From Gammaproteobacteria bacterium (GTDB lineage Bacteria; Pseudomonadota; Gammaproteobacteria; CAJXQU01): 64,000 nt of DNA. The stretch lies in assembly GCA_965238175.1 (NCBI GenBank), contig CBDEGZ010000003.1:1472001-1536000 (forward strand). The letters are read 5' to 3'. Both the position numbers and the translations under genes were made by a program. The notes beneath the pieces are model-generated. The model saw nothing but the letters and a program-made list of their open reading frames with translations. It was not told where the DNA came from and ran no database searches. Below are positions 39,333 through 48,267 of this stretch, one piece after another; position 1 is the first letter of the stretch; every line of letters begins with the position of its first letter.

Positions 39333-39361
39333 TGAGGAGGAAAGGTTTCCTTTCCTCCTCA
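39333..39361 (+). terminator. Perfect 13-bp hairpin after the collagen gene
   Basis: TGAGGAGGAAAGG-TTT-CCTTTCCTCCTCA; no strong U-tract. Confidence 0.65.
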
Positions 39362-39627
39362 AGCATTGAAAAAGTAGAGCTGATAGTAAAAGTAACAAAA
39401 GGATTTTTTGCGTCGCATACGTAGTCGTTATTTTGATTACGAGGGAAACTTGATATCCTGATAAAAAGAAAGCGGCTTCGGTACAGACAAAGATTTTTTG
39501 ATTTGTACTGAAGCCACATTCTCAAGTAGTAGGTGCAGTATTTAATTTTTAATGAGTGGAACAGTGAGTATTGTAAACTGTTAATGAAAGGGACTTAGAA
39601 GTAGTAAACGACTTAGGAGTATAAACA

Positions 39628-39873
39628 ATGACTGAAAACTCTAATCTTGGTGATTTAACTCTGAAACAGCTTTTACAGCTGTATAAGGTGCCTGCACCTG
39701 CAAGAGGTGAAGGGGAGTTAGAAGGAAACGTTCCTGCAAGTCAGCAGCAGGAAGATATTGATAAGTTTTCTTCTATAACATCTGATAGATCGGTTGGTTC
39801 TTCTCTAGACGATAAAATTGATCAAAATCTTGTGCGCATTGTTGATAACTTGATCAAAAGTATTGGTTCATAA
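39628..39873 (+). CDS. Small hypothetical protein OrfA2 (paralog of 33621-33866)
   Basis: SD AGGAG; same length (81 aa) and shared terminal motifs with OrfA1. Confidence 0.75.
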   Translation: MTENSNLGDLTLKQLLQLYKVPAPARGEGELEGNVPASQQQEDIDKFSSITSDRSVGSSLDDKIDQNLVRIVDNLIKSIGS

Positions 39874-39982
39874 CTCTCTGTAGTTATACAGCCACTTTCC
39901 GGTTTCTTTTTAGATCTTCGTTTTTGCTAACAAAATCTATCCTGGTTTTCATCAGCCAATCATAACCACAAACCACAGATAA

Positions 39983-40387
39983 CTAACTCTTTCTTGTAAA
40001 TCTTATAATATTTCGTCGGTCACGTTTACTTGGTCGTCCTGATGTCGACGGTCTAAGTACAGATTCAGCTTTCAGTTGTTCCACCAGTTTTTCTCTGCAA
40101 GAAATACTTTGATCGGATTCTTTATAAAGTTGTGCTGCCTGACTCGCAGGGCCGCGATGCTTTGACAGTGCTTTGACGGAAACTTCGTAAATGAAAGCTC
40201 CTTTTCGGATTTTAAGCTGATCATCTATGTTGATGTTTTTTGAAGGTTTAGCACGTAATCCGTTAATGTCAATTTTCCCACCTTTAATAGCATCTGAGGC
40301 AAGATTGCGTGTTTTGAAAAAACGTGCAGCCCACAACCATTTGTCTATTCGTAACTCATTGATTTTAATGTTTTTATTGTTTTTCAT
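39983..40387 (-). CDS. hslR: Ribosome-associated heat shock protein Hsp15 (S4 domain)
   Basis: RIDKWLWAARFFKTR, RGPASQAAQLY, GRPSKRDRR. Confidence 0.93.
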   Translation of the reverse strand: MKNNKNIKINELRIDKWLWAARFFKTRNLASDAIKGGKIDINGLRAKPSKNINIDDQLKIRKGAFIYEVSVKALSKHRGPASQAAQLYKESDQSISCREKLVEQLKAESVLRPSTSGRPSKRDRRNIIRFTRKS

Positions 40388-40542
40388 GGAATGATCTTTA
40401 TATTGGTTTATTAGCCGCATTTTAGTCATCTGATTTTATGGATCAAATTATGCCTGCTTTTATAAGTACTTTCAGAGTCAATTGCTTGTCATTGCGATGG
40501 CAAAACTTGACTAAGTTCATGTTCTGTATAGACAAGGTCATA

Positions 40543-40558
40543 TGGCATGGTGATTGCT
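40543..40558 (+). promoter_or_regulatory. Sigma-54 (-24/-12) promoter of the fliL operon
   Basis: TGGCATGGTGATTGCT with exact GG-N10-GC spacing, 35 bp upstream of the fliL ATG. Confidence 0.8.
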
Positions 40559-40593
40559 ACCCATGTGTAACTATAACTAATGAGGACAACAAG

Positions 40594-41106
40594 ATGGCTG
40601 ACGAAGATAAGGATGAAGGATCTGAAGAGGGGAATGGCGGTAGCAAGAAAAAGCTAATCATTTTAATTGTTGCTGCATTGGTTTTAATTGGCGGCGGCGT
40701 AGGCGGTGTGATGATGTTCATGGGTGGTGGTGAAGAAGTCGCAGATGGTGAAGAAGGCGCTGTTGAAGAGACAGAAGAACCAAAGAATATTGTGTATTTA
40801 CCCTTTGCAAAGCCATTGGTTGTTAATTTTCAAGCTGCTGATGGCAAGACCCGGTTTTTAAAAACAGAAGTTACTTTAATGGCTGAAGACGAAGCGCGGA
40901 TTGACGACATCAAGAAGCATCTTCCAAAGATCCAACATGTTGTTAACCTGGTTTTTAGCAGGCAAGTGTTTGAAGAGCTTGGAACACCTGAAGGTAAAGA
41001 AAAAATGCGTATGGAAGCACTTCAAGAAATCAAAAGCATACTTAAAAAGCCGATGGGTGACGATAACGTTGACGATATTTTATATACCAATTTTGTTACT
41101 CAATAA
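40594..41106 (+). CDS. fliL: Flagellar basal body protein FliL
   Basis: KKKLII TM, LVVNF, EGKEKMR, ILYTNFVTQ; ATG 40594 after GAGG. Confidence 0.93.
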   Translation: MADEDKDEGSEEGNGGSKKKLIILIVAALVLIGGGVGGVMMFMGGGEEVADGEEGAVEETEEPKNIVYLPFAKPLVVNFQAADGKTRFLKTEVTLMAEDEARIDDIKKHLPKIQHVVNLVFSRQVFEELGTPEGKEKMRMEALQEIKSILKKPMGDDNVDDILYTNFVTQ

Positions 41107-41147
41107 TTAATTATTAAGGACTAAAAGGACGTTGTAAGGAAAGTCAT

Positions 41148-42128
41148 ATGGCCGGTGCAGATATTCTTTCGCAAGATGAGATCGATGCTCTTTTAAATGG
41201 GGTCGATGGTGGTGATGTTGAAACTCAGGTAGAAGAAGAGGTTGATGATGGATCGGCTAAGGGTTATGACTTCAATTCGCAGGATCGAATTGTTCGTGGC
41301 CGTTTACCCACGCTGGAAATGATCAATGAACGTTTTGCTAGAAATTTCAGGGTCAGTCTATTCAATATTTTGAGACGTTCGCCAGAAATTGTTGTTGAAG
41401 GAATCGAAATGATGAAGTTTGGTGAATATATTCATACGTTGTTTATGCCTTCGAATATGAATATGGTGAAAATGAATCCGTTACGCGGAACGACACTTTT
41501 TGTCCTTAATCCAAAGTTGGTTTATTCCTTAGTAGATAATTTTTTTGGTGGGGCTGGACGGTTTCATACAAAGATAGAAGGACGAGAGTTTAGTGCAACG
41601 GAAATGCGAATTGTTATGAATGTTTTGGATCAAATATTTATAGATATGGGGGAAGCATGGAAGCCTGTAATGGAAATAGATTATCAATATATCAATTCTG
41701 AGGTGAATCCACAGTTTGCAAATGTGGTGAGTCCAAGCGAAGTGATGATCATTTCTAATTTCCATGTCGATCTTGATGGTGATGGTGGTTCGTTACAAAT
41801 AGCCATGCCTTACTCAACAATTGAACCAATTAGAGAAATGCTTGATGCGGGTATTCAAAGTGATGCATCGGATACCGATGAACGCTGGATGATCTCCTTG
41901 CGTGAAGAACTATATACCGCACCTCTCGAACTAAGCAGTACTCTAACGAGCAGACATATTAGCTTAAGGGATGTTCTGGCAATGCAAGAAGGCGATATTG
42001 TACCAGTAGATATTCCTGATCACGTTATAGCCACTGTTGAAGGAGTCCCTGTTTTAAAAGCACGGTTTGGAGAATCTCGTGGTAATTGCGCATTGAAAGT
42101 TGATGAAGTATTTCATGCTGCGCTCTAG
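41148..42128 (+). CDS. fliM: Flagellar motor switch FliM
   Basis: LSQDEIDALL, RIVRGRLPTLEMINERFAR, SEVNPQFA. Confidence 0.97.
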   Translation: MAGADILSQDEIDALLNGVDGGDVETQVEEEVDDGSAKGYDFNSQDRIVRGRLPTLEMINERFARNFRVSLFNILRRSPEIVVEGIEMMKFGEYIHTLFMPSNMNMVKMNPLRGTTLFVLNPKLVYSLVDNFFGGAGRFHTKIEGREFSATEMRIVMNVLDQIFIDMGEAWKPVMEIDYQYINSEVNPQFANVVSPSEVMIISNFHVDLDGDGGSLQIAMPYSTIEPIREMLDAGIQSDASDTDERWMISLREELYTAPLELSSTLTSRHISLRDVLAMQEGDIVPVDIPDHVIATVEGVPVLKARFGESRGNCALKVDEVFHAAL

Positions 42129-42166
42129 CTGTATGTGAGATTGATAAACGTTTAACGGAGCAACAT

Positions 42167-42679
42167 ATGACCGATGATGTAGTAGATGAAGAACAGGATG
42201 TATCCGCCGATTGGGGTGATGCGCTTGCTGAGCAAGCCGAGGGCGAGGCAGGTGGGGATGCCGATTGGGGTGATGCACTTGCTGAACAAGCTGAAGGTGA
42301 GGCTGTGGGTGGAGATGCTGATTGGGGTGATGCGCTAGCAGAACAGGCAGAGTCAGAAGCTGCTGAGGCGAGTCCCGCAGGTTTACAACAACTGACATCT
42401 GATGCTGGTGAGGTTGCAGAGGGGAACTTAGAACAAATTCTTGATATTCCAGTTACGCTCGGAGTAGAGATCGGGAGTACCAAAATTGCGATACGAAATT
42501 TACTCCAGCTAAATCAAGGTTCGGTTGTTGAACTTGATCGGCTTGCGGGCGAACCATTGGATGTGGTGGTTAATGGGACATTGGTAGCGCATGGAGAAGT
42601 TGTGGTTGTAAATGAAAAATTTGGTATTCGATTAACGGATGTTATTAGTGCACAAGAACGGGTTAAAAAACTTAGATAA
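42167..42679 (+). CDS. fliN: Flagellar motor switch FliN
   Basis: ILDIPV, LLQLNQGSVVELDRLAGEPLD, GEVVVVNEKFGIR. Confidence 0.96.
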   Translation: MTDDVVDEEQDVSADWGDALAEQAEGEAGGDADWGDALAEQAEGEAVGGDADWGDALAEQAESEAAEASPAGLQQLTSDAGEVAEGNLEQILDIPVTLGVEIGSTKIAIRNLLQLNQGSVVELDRLAGEPLDVVVNGTLVAHGEVVVVNEKFGIRLTDVISAQERVKKLR

Positions 42680-43152
42680 TGAACTATTTAATCAAAACTG
42701 TTTACATTGTTGTTAGTTTGTTTATTTCTACAGCCCTTTATGCGGAAGAAGAAAAGGCGATGGTAGAGCCACTTTCTTTTGAAAGCATGATCCAGGTTCT
42801 TGCTGGTTTAACGGCAGTTTTAGTTCTGTTTTATGGACTTGTTTTTGTCCTCAAACGTATGGGTAGCTTTCGGACAGGCCAAGGTGGAAAGATGCGTGTT
42901 ATCGATGGTGTTTCTGTTGGAACACGGGAACGTTTATTACTCGTACAAGTGGGTGAAAAGCAAGCTCTGGTCGGTGTCTCTGCAAACGGTATTTCACCGA
43001 TTACTGTTTTTGATCAAGAAGTGATCACAGCTGAAGAGATAGCTGAAAACAGTTTTGCTAATCAATTGCAGCAACAAGTGAAAAGTCGTCTGAATCCGCG
43101 GGCAACACAAGCACAAAAGCCAGATCAGAATCATTCCCAAAAATCGTCATGA
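42679..43152 (+). CDS. fliO: Flagellar protein FliO
   Basis: TM followed by [14 protein letters not shown]; between fliN and fliP. Confidence 0.9.
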   Translation: MNYLIKTVYIVVSLFISTALYAEEEKAMVEPLSFESMIQVLAGLTAVLVLFYGLVFVLKRMGSFRTGQGGKMRVIDGVSVGTRERLLLVQVGEKQALVGVSANGISPITVFDQEVITAEEIAENSFANQLQQQVKSRLNPRATQAQKPDQNHSQKSS

Positions 43153-43886
43153 AAAGAATATTTTTGTTCTTATTCGTTGTCTTTTTTTCAACGTCAGCGT
43201 TTTCTGCTGGAGGGCTTGAGGCGCTAACCATCACGACTAATGAAAATGGTAGTCAAAGTTATAGCTTAACTTTGCAAGTGTTAATACTGATGACGGTGAT
43301 GACACTGTTACCAGCGATATTTTTGATGATGACTTCTTTTACTCGCATTATCATCGTACTGGCTATTCTTCGTCAGGCACTGGGTACTGCACAAACACCT
43401 TCCAGTCAGGTATTGATTGGCATTGCGCTTTTTCTTACTTTTTTCATCATGTCACCTGTTCTTGATAAAATTTACGAAAGTGCAGTAACACCCTATCTCA
43501 ATGAAGAAATGGTGTTGCAAGATGCGTTGCTTGAAGCGAGTATGCCTTTACGTGAGTTTATGATGGCGCAGACACGAGAAGCCGATCTGAATATGTTTTC
43601 CGGTATTGCAGGCGCTAATGAATTTGCACAACCAGGCGATGTTCCTTTATCGATATTAGTCCCTTCATTTTTAACCAGCGAATTAAAGACAGCATTTCAA
43701 ATTGGTTTTTTGATTTTTATCCCCTTTGTGATCATCGATATGGTTGTCGCCAGTGTTTTGATGTCAATGGGGATGGTGATGTTATCACCATTGATCATTT
43801 CTTTGCCATTTAAGATTATGTTGTTCGTTGTTGTTGACGGATGGGTCATGATCGTCGGATCTTTAGCATCGAGTTTCTATGTATGA
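43149..43886 (+). CDS. fliP: Flagellar export FliP
   Basis: Signal peptide, [32 protein letters not shown]. Confidence 0.97.
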   Translation: MKRIFLFLFVVFFSTSAFSAGGLEALTITTNENGSQSYSLTLQVLILMTVMTLLPAIFLMMTSFTRIIIVLAILRQALGTAQTPSSQVLIGIALFLTFFIMSPVLDKIYESAVTPYLNEEMVLQDALLEASMPLREFMMAQTREADLNMFSGIAGANEFAQPGDVPLSILVPSFLTSELKTAFQIGFLIFIPFVIIDMVVASVLMSMGMVMLSPLIISLPFKIMLFVVVDGWVMIVGSLASSFYV

Positions 43887-44155
43887 CGCCTGAGTTTGTA
43901 TTAACCATTGGTCACAATGCGTTAGAAGTAACAACGACTGTAATGTTGATTATGTTACTCCCCGCACTCGCAGTTGGTTTACTGGTGAGTATTTTCCAAG
44001 CTGCAACTCAAATTAATGAGCAAACCTTAAGCTTTATCCCTAAGTTATTGGTAACGATGGTTGTATTATCAATTGCAGGACCAACAATACTCAGGTTGTT
44101 TATGGATTTTTTCAAATATATTTTTGAACTTGTTCCAATGATTGTTGGAGGTTAA
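43883..44155 (+). CDS. fliQ: Flagellar export FliQ
   Basis: MTPE start, [17 protein letters not shown]. Confidence 0.96.
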   Translation: MTPEFVLTIGHNALEVTTTVMLIMLLPALAVGLLVSIFQAATQINEQTLSFIPKLLVTMVVLSIAGPTILRLFMDFFKYIFELVPMIVGG

Positions 44156-44166
44156 TCGATTTTTTC

Positions 44167-44946
44167 ATGACGGTCACTGACACGGAACTTTTGTTAATGA
44201 TCGAATCTTGGTTATGGCCTTTTTTCCGCATTGCCGGATTATTAATGACCGCACCAATAATCGGTACTCGGATGGTGCCGGTCACTTTAAGACTCATCCT
44301 TGCCGTGGGTATTTCCATTATCGCTGCACCGTCTATTCCGGCGATTGAGTACGTAGCGCTTTCTTCTCCTGAAGGATTTATGACCACCATCCAACAAATT
44401 TTTATTGGTGTAGGGTTAGGCTTGGTTATCAGACTTATTTTTGTGGTATTGGAAGTTGGTGGGCAAATAATTGCACAACAAATGGGGTTGGGTTTTGCCG
44501 CTCTGATTGATCCAACAAGTGGTCGACAAGTGCCTGTTGTTAGTCAGTTTTATGTCATTCTCGCAACATTAATGTTCTTTAGTCTGAATGGACATTTGAT
44601 CATGATCCAGATTGTTGTTGACAGTTTTCATACGCTACCGGTTGGTGTTGATGGTTATACACGTGAGGATACCTGGGGGGTAGCGGTCTGGGGTGGATGG
44701 TTAATATCCAGTGCAGTTTTGGTTGCATTACCAGCGATTACAGCAATGATGATCGTTAACCTTTCTTTTGGTGTTATGACGCGTGCTTCACCGCAACTTA
44801 ACATTTTTGCCGTTGGTTTTCCGATGATGATGATAATGGGGGTGTTTATTATTTCTATCACACTCTCCAATATGCAACATCATATTGTTGAACTTTTTGA
44901 GCAAGCTTTTCTTCACGCAAAAACACTTGCACGAATTGAACCCTAA
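44167..44946 (+). CDS. fliR: Flagellar export FliR
   Basis: WPFFRI, QMGLGFA, NGHL, RASPQLNIFAVGFP. Confidence 0.96.
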   Translation: MTVTDTELLLMIESWLWPFFRIAGLLMTAPIIGTRMVPVTLRLILAVGISIIAAPSIPAIEYVALSSPEGFMTTIQQIFIGVGLGLVIRLIFVVLEVGGQIIAQQMGLGFAALIDPTSGRQVPVVSQFYVILATLMFFSLNGHLIMIQIVVDSFHTLPVGVDGYTREDTWGVAVWGGWLISSAVLVALPAITAMMIVNLSFGVMTRASPQLNIFAVGFPMMMIMGVFIISITLSNMQHHIVELFEQAFLHAKTLARIEP

Positions 44947-44951
44947 CGAAT

Positions 44952-46076
44952 ATGGCGGAAGATAGCGGGCAGGACAAAACCGAAGAGGCCACTCCCAAAC
45001 GCAAGGAGGAGGCGCGAAAAGAAGGCGATATTCCTCGCTCAGCAGATTTGACAACAATGTTGATGTTGATGGCTGCCTCTATTTCGTTAATCACGTTGGG
45101 TACAGGGGTATTGGAAGGTGTCTCTGGCGTTATGAAATCGTTCTTTATGCGTGCGGCTGATGTGAACATCGCAGTTCATGAACTACCGGGTATTTTTTTG
45201 GATGCAGTACATCAGATGATCCGCATAATGATTCCTTTCGTGTCTGTCATGGTTTTAGTCGCCATCGTAGCGCCTTTACTGATGAGCGGTTGGAACTTTA
45301 GCGGCAAAGCACTGAAATTCAAATTTAGCAAAATGGATCCCATAAAAGGTCTTGGACGTGTTTTTGGGCCAAATAGCTTGATCGAAATGTTCAAAACCAT
45401 TTTAAAGTTCTTAGTTCTTGGTGGTGTGGCTTTTTATTTGATCTATAGCCAGATGATGGAAATTATAGCGGTCGGGATGGCGGATCTTAAGAGTAGTTTA
45501 GGGCAGGTTGCCGATCTCGTTGTTTGGACATTTCTGCTAGTCAGTTCAGCAACCTTGTTAATCGTATTCGTTGATGTTCCACAACAACTCTGGCGGCACA
45601 GCAAAAAGTTGAAGATGTCACTTGAGGACATCAAAAAAGAACATAAAGATACCGAAGGGATGCCAGAGGTTAAAGCAAGGATCCGCCAAAAACAACAAGA
45701 GCTAGCGCAACGGCGAATGATGGAAGAAGTGCCCAAAGCGGATGTGATTGTGACCAACCCGACTCATTATTCTGTTGCACTCAAATACGATACAGAAAAA
45801 ATGGGTGCACCAACCGTTGTTGCAAAAGGTGCGGATGAAATAGCCTTTAAAATTCGTGAAATTGGCCGTGGAAATCAAATTCCTATCCTTGAAACACCAC
45901 CGTTGGCACGGGCTTTGTATTATAGCACTAAGATAAATCAGGAAATTCCAGCTGGATTGTATAAAGCGGTAGCACAAGTACTGGCCTATGTCTTCCAACT
46001 TAAAGCAAATCCAAATACCGATCAGAGTAAACCGGTATCAGAGGATCTCCCGATACCCGATGAATTAAAAAGGTAG
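44952..46076 (+). CDS. flhB: Flagellar export switch FlhB
   Basis: KTEEATPKR, intact TNPTHY at 45753-45770, LARALY. Confidence 0.97.
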   Translation: MAEDSGQDKTEEATPKRKEEARKEGDIPRSADLTTMLMLMAASISLITLGTGVLEGVSGVMKSFFMRAADVNIAVHELPGIFLDAVHQMIRIMIPFVSVMVLVAIVAPLLMSGWNFSGKALKFKFSKMDPIKGLGRVFGPNSLIEMFKTILKFLVLGGVAFYLIYSQMMEIIAVGMADLKSSLGQVADLVVWTFLLVSSATLLIVFVDVPQQLWRHSKKLKMSLEDIKKEHKDTEGMPEVKARIRQKQQELAQRRMMEEVPKADVIVTNPTHYSVALKYDTEKMGAPTVVAKGADEIAFKIREIGRGNQIPILETPPLARALYYSTKINQEIPAGLYKAVAQVLAYVFQLKANPNTDQSKPVSEDLPIPDELKR

Positions 46077-46088
46077 AAACAGGTAAAC

Positions 46089-48173
46089 ATGGCAGAATCA
46101 TTAGGTTTAAGTGGATTTAAGGACGTCAACCGATTAGGCCTGGGTGTTCCGATATTGTTGTTGTCGATGTTGGCAATGATGATATTGCCGTTACCAACGT
46201 TTTTTCTTGATCTACTTTTCACCTTTAATATATCGCTTTCCTTGGTTATCTTGTTGGCCGTTATTTACAGCAAACGGCCACTGGATTTTGGTGTTTTTCC
46301 AACTATATTGTTGGTTTCAACCCTATTACGGCTCAGTTTAAACATTGCATCTACTCGTGTTGTGCTCCTTCATGGTAAAGAAGGATCTGGCGCAGCGGGT
46401 AAGGTCATCGAAGCTTTTGGTGATTTTGTTGTTGGTGGAAACTACACGGTTGGTTTTGTTGTATTCGCAATTTTAGTCATTATTAATTTTGTTGTGGTGA
46501 CAAAAGGGGCGGGCAGAATATCGGAAGTAACGGCTCGATTTACATTAGATGCAATGCCAGGTAAGCAGATGGCAATTGATGCTGATCTGAATGCTGGTGT
46601 TATTGAACAGGAAGAAGCGCGTTTACGACGACAAGAAGTTACCCAGGAAGCAGATTTTTATGGTTCGATGGATGGTGCCAGCAAATTTGTGAAGGGCGAT
46701 GCAATTGCCGGTATTATTATTCTGGTGATTAACCTGCTTGGAGGGTTAGTTATCGGAACGTTGCAATACGACATGAGTATCGCGGATGCGGCTCGTGTTT
46801 TTACCCTGCTGACAATTGGTGATGGATTGGTGGCTCAAATTCCATCACTGCTCCTTTCCTCAGCAACAGCCATCATGGTCACTCGTGTTTCCACCGAACA
46901 GGATATGGGTGACGAAATTGTTGGACAACTTTTTGCTGAGCCTAAAACACTTGCAGTATCAGGTGGTGTGATTGGCTTGATGGGTCTTATCCCAGGTATG
47001 CCGAATCTTGTTTTCCTGGTACTCGCTGGCGCTGCTGGCGCTGGTGCCTGGTATCTGAACGAAAACAACAAAAAGCAGCAGGCACTCGCGGTCGTAAAAC
47101 CGCCACCGCCACCGCCACCGCCAGAGAATACAGAACTGAGTTGGGATGATGTTATCCCAATTGATGCTATTGGTCTGGAAGTAGGTTATCGCTTGATTCC
47201 GCTTGTCGATAAGGTTCAAGGTGGTGAATTGTTAGGGCGTTTGAAAGGCGTACGTAAAAAGCTTTCTCAGGAATTGGGATTTTTGATCCCACCTGTCCAT
47301 ATTCGTGACAATCTGGATCTGGGCCCTTCGTCTTATCGGATTAGTTTAATGGGAGCGACTTTGAATGAATCTGATATTCATGTTGATAAAGAGCTCGCGA
47401 TCAATCCAGGTCAGGTCTATGGCGAAATAGAGGGTCTTCCCGGACATGATCCTGTTTTTAATCTTGAAGCTTACTGGATCGATTCACCACAGCGTGATCA
47501 GGCACAGTCTTTAGGTTATACGGTGGTTGATTCAAGCACCGTTGTTGCTACCCATCTTAGTCAAACCTTGCAAGATCATGCACATGAATTATTAGGTCAC
47601 GATGAAGTGCAGCAATTACTCGATCGCTTAGCTGAAACATCACCAAAACTGGTTGAAGATTTAGTACCGAAAGTGTTGTCACTAGGTGTCATTGTCAAGG
47701 TATTACAAAACCTGTTAAGGGAACAGATCCCTATTCGGGATATGCGTTCGGTCATAGAAGTGCTTTCTGAATTTGCACCACAAAGTCAGGATCCCGTCGC
47801 ACTGACAGTCGCTGTTCGGATTGCTCTGGGTCGAATGATCGTCCAGCAGATCAACGGTATGAATGATGATCTTCCTGTCATCACACTTGATGGAACGCTG
47901 GAACAGATATTGCAACAGTCAGTAAAAGCGATGAGCGAAGGTGGAATTGCACTTGAACCTGGGTTAGCTAGTCAGATGTTGCAGTCACTTAAAGATCTAA
48001 GTGATCAGCAAGAACAGGCAGGCCAGCCTGCCGTGTTATTGGTACCAGACAATCTCAGAGAGTTTCTTGCGAGATTTATCAAACACAGTGTACCCGGCAT
48101 GAATGTACTTGCATTCAGTGAGATACCAGAAAGCAAGCAGATCACGATTATTGCCAGTGTGGGTGGGCAATAA
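46089..48173 (+). CDS. flhA: Flagellar export gate FlhA
   Basis: EVTARFTLDAMPGKQMAIDADL, EVGYRLIPLVD, HIRDNL. Confidence 0.97.
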   Translation: MAESLGLSGFKDVNRLGLGVPILLLSMLAMMILPLPTFFLDLLFTFNISLSLVILLAVIYSKRPLDFGVFPTILLVSTLLRLSLNIASTRVVLLHGKEGSGAAGKVIEAFGDFVVGGNYTVGFVVFAILVIINFVVVTKGAGRISEVTARFTLDAMPGKQMAIDADLNAGVIEQEEARLRRQEVTQEADFYGSMDGASKFVKGDAIAGIIILVINLLGGLVIGTLQYDMSIADAARVFTLLTIGDGLVAQIPSLLLSSATAIMVTRVSTEQDMGDEIVGQLFAEPKTLAVSGGVIGLMGLIPGMPNLVFLVLAGAAGAGAWYLNENNKKQQALAVVKPPPPPPPPENTELSWDDVIPIDAIGLEVGYRLIPLVDKVQGGELLGRLKGVRKKLSQELGFLIPPVHIRDNLDLGPSSYRISLMGATLNESDIHVDKELAINPGQVYGEIEGLPGHDPVFNLEAYWIDSPQRDQAQSLGYTVVDSSTVVATHLSQTLQDHAHELLGHDEVQQLLDRLAETSPKLVEDLVPKVLSLGVIVKVLQNLLREQIPIRDMRSVIEVLSEFAPQSQDPVALTVAVRIALGRMIVQQINGMNDDLPVITLDGTLEQILQQSVKAMSEGGIALEPGLASQMLQSLKDLSDQQEQAGQPAVLLVPDNLREFLARFIKHSVPGMNVLAFSEIPESKQITIIASVGGQ

Positions 48174-48267
48174 AACAGATTGAAAGTAAAGGATAAGGAA
48201 TCGAAATTAAAAGGATTAGTAAATAGATGATGATTAATATGATAAACAGTAAAAGGAGGCGCAGTAC

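Noticed and set aside
39474-39515. Imperfect hairpin GGCTTCGGTACA...TGTACTGAAGCC
   Set aside because: Single copy with no U-tract or family resemblance; function unsupported.
40477-40512. FleQ-like GTCA-N6-TGAC sites upstream of the sigma-54 promoter
   Set aside because: Only mismatched, overlapping matches; too weak to call.
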